DNA of 64,000 nt from Octopus vulgaris (GCA_951406725.2 OX597829.1:42470001-42534000); one strand, 5' to 3'. Counted from the stretch's first letter, positions 1 to 13,184 are shown. The notes: generated by a model not told the origin, from the letters alone. Numbers and translations are program-made.

Positions 1-249
1 ACACTGACATATATTGATGCATGTTTGTGTATGTGTGTATACATTATACATATGCTTGTGCGGTAAGAAGCTTGCTTCCCGATTACATAGTTCCGAGTTC
101 AGTCCTATCACATGGCACCTTGGACAAGTATCCTTTACTATGGCCTTGGACCGACCAAAGCCTTGTGAGTGGATTTGGCAGACGGAAACTGAAAGAAGCT
201 AATATTATGTATATATGTATATATGTATATATATGTATGTATATATACG

Positions 250-479
250 TTTCTTTACTACCCACAAGGGGCTAAACATAGAGGGGACAAACAAGGACAG
301 ACACACGGATTAAGTCGATTTTATCGACCCCAGTGCGTAACTGGTACTTAATTTATCGACCCCGAAAGGATAAAAGGCAAAGTCGACCTCGGCGGAATTT
401 GAACTCAGAACGTAGCGACGGGCGAAATACCGCGAAGCACTTCGCCCGGCGTGCTAACGTCTCTGCCAGCTCGCCGCCT
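250..479 (-). mobile_element. SINE family B (tRNA-like head; central gtcgactttgcctttcatcctttcggggtcgataaa domain resembling Meta/MESC-type SINEs)
   Basis: Near-identical to copies at 3263-3493(+), 34618-34848(+), 56251-56478(-); B-box-like GAGTTCAAATTCC on the element strand. Confidence 0.8.
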
Positions 480-1029
480 ATATGTATGTATATATATTTG
501 TGTATGTGTGTGTGAGCGTGTGCGCGCGCGCGTGGTTGTACTCCATCACTGCTTGTTGGTTTGTTTAGATTCTCCTAATATAGCGGTCCGGCAAAAAAGA
601 GGAAATAAAATAAATGGCAGACATTTTATTAAAGAAAAATTACAGCGGTCGATTCCTTCGAATAAAAACATTCAAGGAAGTGCCTCAGTATAGCAATCCA
701 GTGACAGAAACAAGTAAAAGATAAACAATATATCAATCTATTTATCTGTATTTGTTTTAAAGAATTCAGTCATAAACTGGAAGCATCAACTTCTAAACGT
801 TTTTTAGTCGATCAATAAAACATTGTATTGGCGCAAAAGTTCACTTTTTTTTTTTATCGACACTAAACTTCAAGTAGTCTATTATGTAAGCCACTTCAGC
901 ATATTCTTTGCACATGTGCACTCGTTAGCTATTTGAAACTCCGATGTAGTTTGACGCGAACTTGGGACAAGACAGATTGTATTGACTCTGAAAATGGAGA
1001 ACCCAAACAAACTTCATCGACATCAGCCC

Positions 1030-1208
1030 CCGTTATGCGACCAGGATGATTGCAAACATTCTCCAAATATCCTTAGCTCTGATAATGTTATCTGCTTGCT
1101 TGGCGTTGAAGTGATCCTCGAGGGCCAACCTCACTGCCAACACATCAGTTGCAATGTCTTTCCTAAGCGCCTCTTCTAGCTTTCTCATTAAATCACCCTC
1201 TAATCTCT
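1030..1208 (-). pseudogene. Probable L1/Tx1-type ORF2 fragment (region between endonuclease and RT)
   Basis: Minus-strand translation EGDLMRKLEEALRKDIATDVLAVRLALEDHFNAKQADNIIRAK resembles the helical linker ending in 'IIRAK/VVRAR' of L1/Tx1 ORF2; recognised by eye only. Confidence 0.35.
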
Positions 1209-1212
1209 TTAC

Positions 1213-1641
1213 TTTTTTTTTTTACACTTTTTACTTGTTTCAGTCATTTGACTGCGGCCATGCTGGAGCACCGCCTTTAATCGAGGAAATCGACCCCGGG
1301 ACTTATTCTTTGTAAGCCCAGTACTTATTCTATCGGTCTCTTTTGCCGAACCGCTAAGTGACGGGGACGTAAACACACCAACACACCAGCATCGGTTGTC
1401 AAGCAATGCTAGGGGGACAAACACAGTCACACAAACATATACACACACACATACATATATATATATATACATATATACGACAGACTTCTTTCAGTTTCCG
1501 TCTACCAAATCCACTCACAAGGCATTGGTCGGCCCGGGGCTATAGCAGAAGACACTTGCCCAAGATGCCACGCAGTGAGAGTGAACCCGGAACCATGTGG
1601 TTGGTTAGCAAGCTACTTACCACACAGCCACTCCTGCGCCT
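1213..1641 (-). mobile_element. SINE family A (abundant octopus-type tRNA-derived SINE with internal (TA)n/(CA)n spacer)
   Basis: Head ggcgcaggagtggctgtgtggtaag...gggttca (A/B-box-like), body, internal microsatellite and 3' tail ggcggtgctccagcatggccgcagtcaaatgactgaaacaagtaaaa; more than 12 copies in window. Confidence 0.85.
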
Positions 1642-2096
1642 ATTTCTTTCTACAGCTAAAACTTTGCTAAATCTAATTGATTCTACTTTGATGGCCCTTT
1701 TTAGGTTATACCACCATTTATTGTTGGACTATTGATTCCGTCAAAGCTTTCTGAAGCTTTCCGGTATGTGTAAGCTTGGCACGCCGGGAGTGACGTGTTC
1801 AGCAACCGAGGCCCTGTCTGCATATGCTACTTAAGTTGACCTTACAGATCACCTATTTGTGATCTGTGTAGCCGACTATTTGAAATTGTGGACATATAAT
1901 ACTATCCCTATCTAAAGACCTGAAAAATACTCTATCTCGATACGATCTGGATGTTCTGATGCGGTTTGCCCAATCTGCTTGGCCACAAAAATAACGTAAA
2001 AAATTTTCAGATACAACAATATTATCTGTAAAATTTGAACAAAAACTTACAGCTCATGAGCACACGTCCTTCCTCTTTGAAACCCCACGAGCAGGT

Positions 2097-2097
2097 C

Positions 2098-2162
<65 letters not shown>

Positions 2163-2292
2163 TAACAATAACAATAATAACAACAACAACAACAACGACA
2201 ACGACGACGACGACGATGACGATGAAGATGACGATGATGATGATGATGATGATTATGATGATTATGATGATAATAATAATAATTATAATACT
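2097..2292. repeat. Compound (AAT)n/(AAC)n/(GAC)n/(GAT)n microsatellite
   Basis: Directly visible. Confidence 0.95.
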
Positions 2293-2294
2293 TT

Positions 2295-3125
2295 CTACTA
2301 AGGGTACAAGGCCTGATATTTTGGGGGAAGGGATTAGACGATTATATCGATCCTAGTGTTTCACGGGTACTCAATTAATAAACGACAAAATGCTGCTAAC
2401 CATTTCGCCCTAGGCATAAAATCAGGTTGAACTTCTAACTTGTTGTCTCCTGAGGTCCCTGTGTGAGACTCGGTGTCAACTTGTAAAAATACAAAGCAAA
2501 AGTCAAACATATAATAACAATAATCCGTTCTGTTATAGGCACACGGGCTGAAATTTTTGGTGAGGAGACCAGTCGATCACATCGACTCCAGTACGCAACT
2601 AGTACTTAACTTATCGACCCCCCGAATAGATGAAAGGTTTAGTCGTAGCGACAGAACGTAGCGACAGACGAAATACCCATTTCTTTATTACCCACAAGGG
2701 GCTAAACACAGAGGGGACAAACAAGGACAGACAAACGAATTATGTCGATTATATCGACCCCAGTGCGTAACTGGTACTTAATTTATCGACACCGAATGGA
2801 TGAAAGGTTTAGTCGACCTCGGCGGAATTTGAACTCAGAACGTAGCGACAGACGAAATACCATTTAACATTTCGTCCAGTGTGCTAACGACCCAGCTAGC
2901 TCGCCGCCTTAATAACGATAATCTTTTCTACTATAGACACAAAGTCTGAAATCCTGGAGGAGTGGACTAGTCGATTACATCGACTCCACTGTTTCACTGG
3001 TACTTAATTTATCGACCCCCGAAAGAATGAAAGGCAAAGCCCACCTCGGCGGAATTTGCACATAAAGACGGACGAAATGCCGCTAAGCATTTTGCCCGGC
3101 ATGTTAACGATTCCGCTAGCTCGTT
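2295..3125 (-). mobile_element. Cluster of complete and partial family B SINE copies
   Basis: Repeated gtcgattacatcgac / ggtacttaatttatcgacccc / gaaaggatgaaaggcaaagtcgacctcggcggaatttg blocks. Confidence 0.75.
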
Positions 3126-3262
3126 GCATAAATAATAATAATTATTCTAATAACGTGATATGAATAAAAAAATATGTCATATGTTTGGTGTGTGACTTTT
3201 GGCTCATCCTCTACATATAAACGTGCGCATCGGTGTGTGTATGTCAGTATGTATGTATGTAA

Positions 3263-3493
3263 GGCGGCGAGCTGGCAGAAACGTTAGCACGCCGAGCGAA
3301 ATGCGTAGCCGTATTTTGTCTGCCGTTACGTTCTGAGTTCAAATTCCGCTGAGGTCGACTTTGCCTTTCATCCTTTCGGGGTCGATAAATTAAGTACCAA
3401 TTATGCACTGGTGTCGATGTAATCAACTTAATCCCTTTGTCTGTCCTTGTTTGTCCCCTCTACGTTTAGCCCCTTGTGGGTAATAAAGAAATA
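3263..3493 (+). mobile_element. SINE family B, full length
   Basis: ggcggcgagctggcagaaacgttagcac...ttgtgggtaataaagaaata, inserted in (TATG)n. Confidence 0.85.
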
Positions 3494-4104
3494 AGTATGT
3501 ATGTATGTGTATGCGCCGCTGAGCTGGTGTCCGAGGTCGCAGTAAGTCTACTAGAAATGTGGGGCCCTCTGACTTCGTCAAGGCATCCTCCCAGGAGAAA
3601 GCTAACTCGTTTAAAAATTCTGCTGTTGTACTGAACTGGATATCTTGAAATTTGCTTCTCTCTAGACTCCTTGGTATTGCTAGTGAGAGTCGGTGTGGTG
3701 ACGTACAAGTCGCACTCGACTTAAATTTTTTAGTTAAAGTTACCTTCACGAGTCGTGCAGACTCGTAGGAGCCGATTTCCAGCTTTCATGGCGCATATAT
3801 TCCCCACCTGCACGCGATGCCGATCTGTAGCAGTATTAATCACTTTTGTCCGTAGCAGGATTATTCCTTTTTGCCAGCTGAATGGACTGGGGGTAATCAG
3901 AAATGAAGTATTTTGCTCAAGAAAACAACGCATCGCCCGGTCCAGGAATCGAAACCACAATCTTACGATCATGAGCCCAACACCCTAACCTCTAAGCCAC
4001 AAACCTCCACTCTTAAAACAATTTCTCAAGCATTGTTGACACATCTGTTAGTGATTGTCATGCTCAGTTAACGAGCACACACCCATCATATATATATATA
4101 TATA

Positions 4105-4680
4105 TATGAGGGAAAGTAAAAAAAAAATTATGCGCACTTTCGCTATAACATATCTCTATTATTGTCACATTGCCTCCTGCGCATGCGTGCTTATAGTTGG
4201 TATTATTGTAGTCACGTGATCGAAGTTTGAGCCTGATAGCGCCATTTTTCTTACTGGCTTTACAGTGTAAGCATAGCTGCTCCACTAGCGATGTGCAGCA
4301 AAGAGAAACAAAGAGCAGTGATCCGATTTCCCTGGCCGGAAGGTGTGTCAGGTGCTGAAAGTCATCGTAGGCTTTTTTCCCACAATTGGTCAATTGCTTC
4401 ACCGGTCTGGGCGGCGTGCGATTCCATGCAACAACAAAGTTTTCTTCCTCAATAGGCTTGGGCGTTTGGTGCCAATTGCTAGCTTCAGTTTCTTGGCCAG
4501 AAAAGCACTGTGTCTTGCACTTTTTCAGTATAGTTTTCCAGTATAGGCCCTTTTAAGTCTCAAAAAAAGCTCAGTCTTCCGCAGTCTTTGAATTTCTGCT
4601 TCCCTGGCGAACTAGGATGTTTCCACTCCATACTCTGTCTTTTGAACTCTGCCTCATAATGATGGACCCAATTTCATCTT
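4105..4680. pseudogene. Decayed mariner (Tc1/mariner) transposon with internal inversion
   Basis: TIR-like ta-tgagggaaagtaaaaaa..attatgcgcact at 4105; + strand 4273-4389 gives (M)AAPLAMCSKEKQRAVIRFPWPEGVSGAESHRRL (mariner N-terminal HTH); minus strand 4390-4680 gives, with frameshifts, WVHHYEAEFKRQSMEWKHPSSP and KLKLAIGTKRPSLLRKKTLLLH (mariner catalytic region). Confidence 0.75.
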
Positions 4681-4840
4681 AGAAATTCTAAGTTTAAATT
4701 CCAGAAGTACCAGGCTTAAAACAAAATATTGGAGTCAGTTCGTTCGAATAAAAATCCTATAAAGCGGTGCCCCAGCAGTCAAATGACTGAAAGAAGTAAA
4801 AGATTAAATATATAGGTATATTTTGTATATATATATATGC

Positions 4841-4882
<42 letters not shown>

Positions 4883-4995
4883 ATGTGTGTGGGTATATAT
4901 ATATATATATATTTATATATAAGTTTGTATGTGTGTGTGTATATATATATATTCCAAATCCATCTTCTGGTTACTTTATTATTATAATGTGTGTG

Positions 4996-5033
<38 letters not shown>

Positions 5034-6064
5034 TGTGTGAGTGTGTGTGTGTGTTTGTTAGTCTGTGTATGTCCCCCCAGCAGCGTTTGACAACCAATAT
5101 TTGTCCCCGTAGCCTAGAAGTTCGGCAAAGAGGCCGATATAATAAGTACTAGGCTCACAATGAATAAGTCCTGGGGACGATTTGTTCGACTAAGGGCTGT
5201 TTCTCCAGCATGGCCACACTCAAATGACTGTAACAAATAAAAGAAAAAATACATGCATACATCGATACATCGATACATACATACATAAGCCGGGCATATA
5301 CGCATTTTCGTTAACCAATTTCTACTCACAGTCTATTAATCAACGCAGACCTTAACAGCAGATAATTGCCCTTGCTGCCGTTGATTGGGACTGAACCCGT
5401 AAACTAACGATTGTAGTATAAACTTCTTAAATACAAAGATACGACTGCACTTAAAAATATCAGTGTCGAATATTATGTTTCACCTCACTTTTTTTTTTGT
5501 ATCATAGGTAAAAACGAAAGTAAGAACAAACTAAAATGTTATATAAAAGAATACACAAAACGACAAGTTATTATGGAAATATACGAAATATAGTTATTTT
5601 CTCTAACGAAATATATAAGAAACTATCAGGTTAGTTATCGAGGGATTTGAATATCGTTTGTACAATTCTCAGTAACACAACTGAGAAGAAGTAGAATACA
5701 GTTTTGGACAGGTAAATTGACAATACCTTAGAGAAAACAGTGAACTTTATTCTTCCTCCGTTTCTGCCCGCAACTTCTGATTTTCCTTCAAAATACTTCA
5801 GCTTCAATTGAGAAGATTAAGGGAAATTGAGATTCAACGTATAATTATATGTATAAAAAGGAAATAGAATACGCCAAAAATAAAATGAAGAATAAAAAAA
5901 AAAATTATTGAAAATACGAGGAGGTCAAATCTTTGCTAATAACGTTTTTTTTTTTTTTTCCAATCTAAACCGAAACAAAACGAATAATATCTATCTGCAT
6001 AGAAGAAATTCTGGAAGTTGACCTGTAAAAGGTTATCGAGAAAATAGGGTATATTTGCCCCGAG

Positions 6065-6115
<51 letters not shown>

Positions 6116-6429
6116 ATGTATCTATATATATATATATATATATATGTTTGTATATAAATGTATATATATGCGTGTCTGTGAGTGTTTGTATACGCGTATA
6201 TGCATTTGTGTATTTGGATAGATATTGATAGACAGTTAGAAAGGTACATATACGCACATGTGCTTATACGTGAATATGTACGTATATATGTACGTACTTA
6301 TACATAAACACACGAATGTATATAACTTCTATTGTTATATGTGTATACACGTGTGTGCATATGTATTTGTGATGAAAGCGAGCGAATAAAGAACTAAACG
6401 TTTTATAAGCATTTCTAAATACTTACTTT

Positions 6430-7075
6430 TTACTTACATTTTTACATGTTTCAGTCATTTGACTACGGCCATACTGGAGCACCGCCTTTAGTCGCAGGAG
6501 TGGTTGTGTGGTAAGTAGCTTGCTAACCAACCACATGGTTCCGGGTTCAATCCCACTGCGTGGCATCTTGAGCAAGTGTCTTCTGCTATAGCCCTGGGCC
6601 GACCAATGCCTTGTGAGTGGATTTGGTAGACGGAACCTGAAAGAAGCCTGTCGTATATATGTATATATATATATGTGTGTGTATGTGTTTGTGTGTCTGT
6701 GTTTGTCACCCTAGCATTGCTTGACAACCGATGCTGGTGTGTTTACGTCCCCGTCACTTAGCGGTTCGGCAAAAAGAGACCGATAGAATAAGTACTGGGC
6801 TTACAAAAAGAATAAGTCCCGGGGTCGAGTTGCTCGACTAAAGGCGGTGCTCCAGCATGGCCGCAGTCAAATGACTGAAACAAGTAAAAGAGTAAAAGAG
6901 AGAGAGAGTCGAGTAAATCGACCCCACGACTTATTCTCTGTTAGCCTAGTACTTATTCTATCGGTGTCTTTTGCCGATCTGCTAGGTTACGGGGACGTAA
7001 ATACACCAACATCAGTTGTCAAGCGATGTTGGGGGGACAAACACAGACACACAAACAGACACACACACACATACA

Positions 7076-7159
<84 letters not shown>

Positions 7160-7332
7160 CACACATATGCGACAGGCTTTTTTCAGTTTCCGTCTACCAA
7201 ATCCACTCACAAAGCTTTGGTTGGCCCGAGGCTATAATAGAAGACAATTGCCAAGGTGTCATGCAGTGGGACTGAACCCAGAACCATGTGGTTGGTAAGC
7301 AAGCTACTTACCACACAGCCACCCCTGCGCCT
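6430..7332. mobile_element. Nested family A SINEs: + copy (~6492-6900) inserted into a - copy (6430-6490 + 6907-7332)
   Basis: Minus copy breaks at accgcctttagtcg and resumes at agtcgagtaaatcgacccc. Confidence 0.75.
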
Positions 7333-7421
7333 ATGGTAACGGATTCGATTCGAAAAACCAGTAACTTGAACAGAATTTTTGATAAATAAAAAGATTAAAT
7401 TAACTTAGTACAGAAAAACAA

Positions 7422-7672
7422 ATACATACATACATACATACATACATACATACATACATACATACATACATACATACATACATACATTCATACATACATA
7501 CATACATACATACATACATACATACATACATACATACATACATACATACATACATACATACATACATACACACACACATACATACATACATACATACATA
7601 CATACATACATACATACATACATACATACATACATACATACATACATACATACATACATACGTACATACATA
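7422..7672. repeat. (TACA)n microsatellite
   Basis: Directly visible. Confidence 0.95.
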
Positions 7673-7987
7673 CACTCACATACATTCATATATAGATACA
7701 CACACATATACACATATATAAGACCTTGTATGTATATAAGCGTATATGAGTGTATGTATGCCTCTGTGTGTTTGTGTGTGTGTGTGTGTATGCCTGTGAA
7801 TGTATGTGTGTGCGTATGGGGTTGTAACATGGATAAACACAATATATGTACAGACAGGATGGCACTTGTGTGTATTAAATATTGTTTACTACCCGATTAA
7901 ATCATATGATGTTGTCAGCATCAAAAATAAATTAGTTACGTGTATTTATGTAGGTACACATATATATATGTATGTATACATACATAC

Positions 7988-8074
<87 letters not shown>

Positions 8075-8108
8075 GATAGATAGATAGATATAACTGCTTT
8101 AGACATTA

Positions 8109-8279
8109 GGCGTAGGAGTGACTGTTTGGTAAGTAGATTGCTTACTAACCACATGGTTCCGGGTTCAGTCCCACTGCGTGGCACCTTGGGCAAGTGCCTC
8201 TGGCCAATCAAAGCTTTGTGAGTGGATTTGGTAGACGGAAACTAAAAGAAGCTCGTCGTATATATGCATATGTATATGT

Positions 8280-8328
<49 letters not shown>

Positions 8329-8880
8329 CACATACATATACATATACATATGCATATATACGACGAGCTTCTTTTAGTTTCCGTCTACCAAATCCACTCA
8401 CAAGGCTGACGGTTAGTAAGGAGAGACACAAATAAGTGAGAAGAAAAAAAGGACCACTGATGTGGTCACAGGAGTGTGACGAAAGAACTTTGGCCGAAAT
8501 AAGATTAAGATTAATGTAAATAATAAATATCACTGAAGCAAAATAACACCAAATATATAGTGCGTGTGTTTTTATTGGCTAAACTGGCAATATGACCATT
8601 CCGAAATATAACAATATATATATATATATATGTATATGTGCGTGTGTGTGTTTATGTGTATGTGCAGGGTGGCCTATATGTTTGTGTGTCTGCGCTTGCT
8701 CCCCAACATCGCTTGACAACCGATGCTGGTGTGCTTACGTCCCCGTAACCTAGCGGTTCTCCGAAAGAGACCGACAGAATAAGTACTAGGCTTACAAAGA
8801 ATAAGTCCTGGGGGTCTATTTGCTCGACTGAAAGGCGGTGCTCCAGCATGGTCACAGTCATTTGACTGAAAGTAAAAGAG
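8109..8880 (+). mobile_element. Family A SINE interrupted in its internal (TA)n by a Penelope 3'-end fragment
   Basis: 5' half 8109-8260; 3' half ~8680-8880. Confidence 0.8.
8404..8616 (+). mobile_element. Solo Penelope pLTR/3'-end fragment (same family as the element at 48614-52418) with hammerhead-like motif at 8451-8495
   Basis: Near-identical to 52148-52361; ends in (TA)n. Confidence 0.9.
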
Positions 8881-9197
8881 TAATATATATATATATATAT
8901 ATGGTATATGTACATACATATATATATAGAGAGGAAGGGTTTAGGTCACTGATGACCTAAACCATTAGATACGCTGCGTAAGTGCTGTAATTGGTATTCC
9001 GTTAAGATTCACGTTCACAACAGAGGCTGGAGCCAGGTATCCGAATCAGGCTTTCCGAGGCATCGGATACAAAATTAAAAGAAATGGAAAACGAAACCCA
9101 GGCAGGACAAACTTATCAGATCATTTTCAATATTTTAATTAAAGAAAAAGGTGAATGAAAGTAAAGAAAAATGAAAGAAAAGTAAAGTAGAAGAAAA

Positions 9198-9297
9198 TGT
9201 CTTACAGCTGTTTCTATGATAGCCTAGGCACTGGATTAATATATTTCAACATGTTGATAAACATCCACATACACCAGATATTCCATCATCAGTGACA
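9198..9297 (-). ncRNA. Type I hammerhead-like motif within an inverted-repeat mini-element (arms 9131-9214 and 9407-9492)
   Basis: Minus strand tgtca-CTGATGA-long stem II-GAAA-CAGCTG-TA-agaca; palindromic stem III; 3' half repeated on + strand at 9407-9423. Confidence 0.6.
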
Positions 9298-10680
9298 AGG
9301 TGTGCGTGTGCAGCAAAGTTCTGGACAAAAAAATTAAAGTAGAGCGAAGTATAAAGCTCATAGTTCATTTCATTTCGGAGGGTTGGTCCAATAACTGGAT
9401 ATCCTCGAAACAGCTGTAAGACAATATTTACGTCTACTTTTCCTTGCTTTCATTTTTCCTTACTTTAATTCATCTTTTCTTTAATTCAAATATTAAGAAT
9501 GATTTTATTCAACATATTTCCATATCAGATTCACACATTCATTACAGCAGTTCTTCAGTTTTTCTAAGACCTGTAAAAGAACTCGGAATGCTGGGCCTCC
9601 AATCAGGTCCTTCGCGATGCCCCTAAATCCAGGAAGATTTCGGCGCCCTCTCGTAGATGCATATATAAAAGCCAGATCCGAAGACGAATAAAACCTTTAA
9701 CACATCTTTACTGATTTGTTACAATTGTTTCAATACCAACCCTGCTTGCAACACCAGCTACGCAAAAATTCGAAGTAAAAATCTATGTAATGTTTGCTGT
9801 TTTAGACATTAGAGTGGAACTTCATAAGATTGCATTAAAGATGTGCTTTCACTTTGTGTGTCTTTCAGATATTATCGTTCGGCTTATTTCGGGACGGAAA
9901 AAAACCCATAATTTTATTTACATTTTGTTCCCTTCCGATATAAAAACTAAAAAAGTAAACAAACAATGTCTGGAAGACACAAAATGTGACAGCACACCTT
10001 TTATACGAGTCTGATCAAGTGCCTCTGAAATGTCTAAAACCGCAAATATTATGTAAATTTTCACTTCGAAATTTTTCGTATACTGATGTTGCAAGCTGAG
10101 TTAGTATGGAAATAATTGTGACGAATCATTAGAGGTGTGTTAAAGATTTTCTTTGATTTTTATCAGTTGGATACACTTTGCCACAACCACACAACGGTTT
10201 TACCGTCGCTAAGCCAGTATTTTCTACACTTGAAGGATTTCGGCATTGGTCTGGAATCTGACGGTGTTGATAGCTCAGAATTCGGGTTGAGTGCTTCTCT
10301 AGAAATACTTTTATACCCTACCAGGATCTACCAGGATTAATTCTTCAAGGCGATGGTCCAGCATGGCAGGAGTCTAATGACTGTAAATAAGAAATACAAG
10401 ATATACGTGTGTGTGCGCGCGCGTGTGTAAAATAAGCCGAACGACAATATCTGAAAGACACACAATGTGAAAGCGTGTGTAAAAGGTTAAAATGGCAAAG
10501 ACAGGAAAATCACACGCAAGACGTGAACATGTTATCGGCCAAAATCAGCACAGCTTCGCGCCATTATCAATATGATTGTTCAATTTCGTGGTGACAATAG
10601 TAAACCGCGGGTGGGATAAGTGAGAGGAAACAGTGGACGGTGACGAAAGAACAAAAATATATGATGCTAAATCCACAATC

Positions 10681-10823
10681 TCTCTGTTTATTTCCTCGCA
10701 TTTCTTTATGTTAAAGAGCGTAGGCTCGAAACGTAAAAGACATTCTCACCTTCCCGGGCGTCAAACTAATACACTTGCTTGTTGTTTATACATCTGTCTT
10801 CGTCTTTTGTTTTCTGTAAACTT

Positions 10824-10828
<5 letters not shown>
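10681..10828 (+). mobile_element. Short (TA)n-terminated element of the CUGUNGA-A hammerhead-like family (core decayed, 10703-10740)
   Basis: tcttt-atgttaaa-GAGC-gtag-GCTC-GAAA-cg-TA-aaaga; homologous to copies at 12611, 38366, 38719, 45209. Confidence 0.65.
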
Positions 10829-10877
<49 letters not shown>

Positions 10878-10945
10878 GTACATATATATATGCATGTATA
10901 TATGTATGTGTATATATGTATATACATATATATATAAATGTATAC

Positions 10946-11001
<56 letters not shown>

Positions 11002-11260
11002 AAAAAGGAAAACAGCCAAAAGGAAGAGTAAGTACGATTAGGCAGCTTTTTAATCACTACATATGTTTCGATACATACAGATCCTCGAATATATAGAATT
11101 TAAAGTTAAGTTTATTTTCACACACGAGGAATACCTAAGACTAGAATTGTAGCATACCATAAGAATACTACTGACTATTTGAGAATTCTAAGGGTGAACT
11201 AGCACTATTTATACTCTAATACGTTCTTAACATAACACATCTCATCTATCTATCTTACCA

Positions 11261-12290
11261 AGGAGTACCTGACCCACCTGTTCGGGACGACTTTCGGGCC
11301 AGGGCCCATGGACAACTTCCAGAGATCCCTGGCCTGGCAGTGTTACCGAGAAGCGCTACCCGTTCGGGATAAGCTCTACAGACACGGCTCGAGAAACACG
11401 GGGCCGACCTGCCCGAGAAGCGGTCAGAGCGACGAAACCGTTCTGCACGCACTCGTTCAGTGTCCAACAATTTCCGACCAGTGGGCTTATGTCGAACAAC
11501 TGCTGTCACGTGTGGGACGAGTCGGTTTATCAGCTGAGTCTATCGTCAATATTGTCACGCCTCCTTCCTTCAAACGGGAAGGAAGAGCTATTTTCATCAT
11601 TCTTGTGGCTATGGCGAAAGAATGTATCTGGTGGACTCGTCTGAAAGGATTGGAGACAAACACTCTCTTCTCTGGTCAATCTCTCATCAACTTCTTCAAG
11701 TACCACTTGAAAAGGAAAGTGAGAGTAGAGAGGCAAGTTTTGTCTAGCGAATGTTTTAAAAAAGATGGGTGAATGTAGCAACGATGGCACGTATGAATGA
11801 CGAAGCCACCTTGAGCATAATCCTATGAACCCAGAAATTGAAAACAGAAGGTTACCCACTTGCAAACAAATGTGGTAACATATAACAATATTGACCGAGG
11901 TTACCGTGGTCTTTTTCGTAGGCTTTTCTTCCCACGGATAAACCTTACTTGCTTTCCCCTTTACACCATATATCATAACACTGTGATACACGATCCCTAT
12001 TGATCGTTTTTTTCCTCTTCCCCTTTTCCCCCTTTTTTTCTTCTTTTTTCATTTCTCTTTTCTTTTGTTCTTTTTCTTTTTCTTCTTTTTTAAAAATTTA
12101 TTTTATTTTATTTTTTTATTTTATTTTTTTTTGTTCTTCTTTTCCCTTTTACGATCCCTTTTGATCGAAAACCTACGCCACCTTTTTTTTTGTTTCTTTT
12201 GTTTTTTGTTTTTTTCATCCCCCAAAAGAAAAGCTCTACCTTGTAACTTGTCCCATCTGTGTGCAGCCCTGTGTGATCAATAAAGAAACT
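11261..12290 (+). mobile_element. 5'-truncated Tx1/L1-clade non-LTR retrotransposon with 14-bp TSD
   Basis: ORF 11308-11772 contains zf-RVT-like LPVRDKL..CPR..ETVLHALVQCP and the C-terminal AKECIWWTR motif; T-rich 3' UTR, AATAAA near the end; TSD TATCTATCTTACCA at 11247-11260 and 12291-12304. Confidence 0.8.
11308..11772 (+). pseudogene. C-terminal zinc-binding (zf-RVT-like) region of Tx1/L1 ORF2
   Basis: Motif pattern in supplied translation; 5' truncated and frameshifted near the end. Confidence 0.75.
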
Positions 12291-12303
12291 TATCTATCTT
12301 ACC

Positions 12304-12366
<63 letters not shown>

Positions 12367-12368
12367 CA

Positions 12369-12493
<125 letters not shown>

Positions 12494-12554
12494 TCACTTT
12501 GTTATCTCCCTTACTTTCCTTCTCGTGTGTGACCTTTCTGTCCTAGTCAGACGC

Positions 12555-12716
12555 CATGATAGATCGTTAGCCACTACACACATTTTTTTTCTCTCCTTGT
12601 TTTCTGTGTACCCTTCTGTAGAAGCGCGTAGGCTCGAAATGTAAAAGACTTTTTCTATTCCTGAGCGTTATACTAATACATCGCCTTTTGTTTTTTTTCC
12701 GTAAACTCTCCCTAAA
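12555..12716 (+). mobile_element. Short element of the CUGUNGA-A hammerhead-like family (motif 12611-12648)
   Basis: cctt-CTGTAGA-A-gcgc-gtag-gctc-GAAA-tg-TA-aaag; followed by (TA)n. Confidence 0.65.
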
Positions 12717-12969
12717 TTTATATATATATATATATATATATGCTTATTAATGTGAGAGGAGGTATGTATGATAGGAGGCCGACTAATAAGCAACGATTAC
12801 GATCTACAAAGGATCCTTTATGCACTCACTTGGTAGATTAAACTATAGTTTCAAAAAAAAAAAAAGAAATTAAGAAGAAAGAAAATTAGGACACCATGGT
12901 TAACCTGAAGGTAAACAATAACGGAAACAACAAATACAACTATTACGACCTTTGATATTGCATCGTGCG

Positions 12970-13047
<78 letters not shown>

Positions 13048-13086
13048 GCTACTCTGCTGCTTCTATCAGTACTACTACTGCTGCTG

Positions 13087-13148
<62 letters not shown>

Positions 13149-13149
13149 G

Positions 13150-13184
<35 letters not shown>

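Noticed and set aside
11055-11075. Minus-strand CGAAACATATGTA (hammerhead 3' half with palindromic stem III)
   Set aside because: No matching CTGANGA half found; possibly a truncated member but not supportable.
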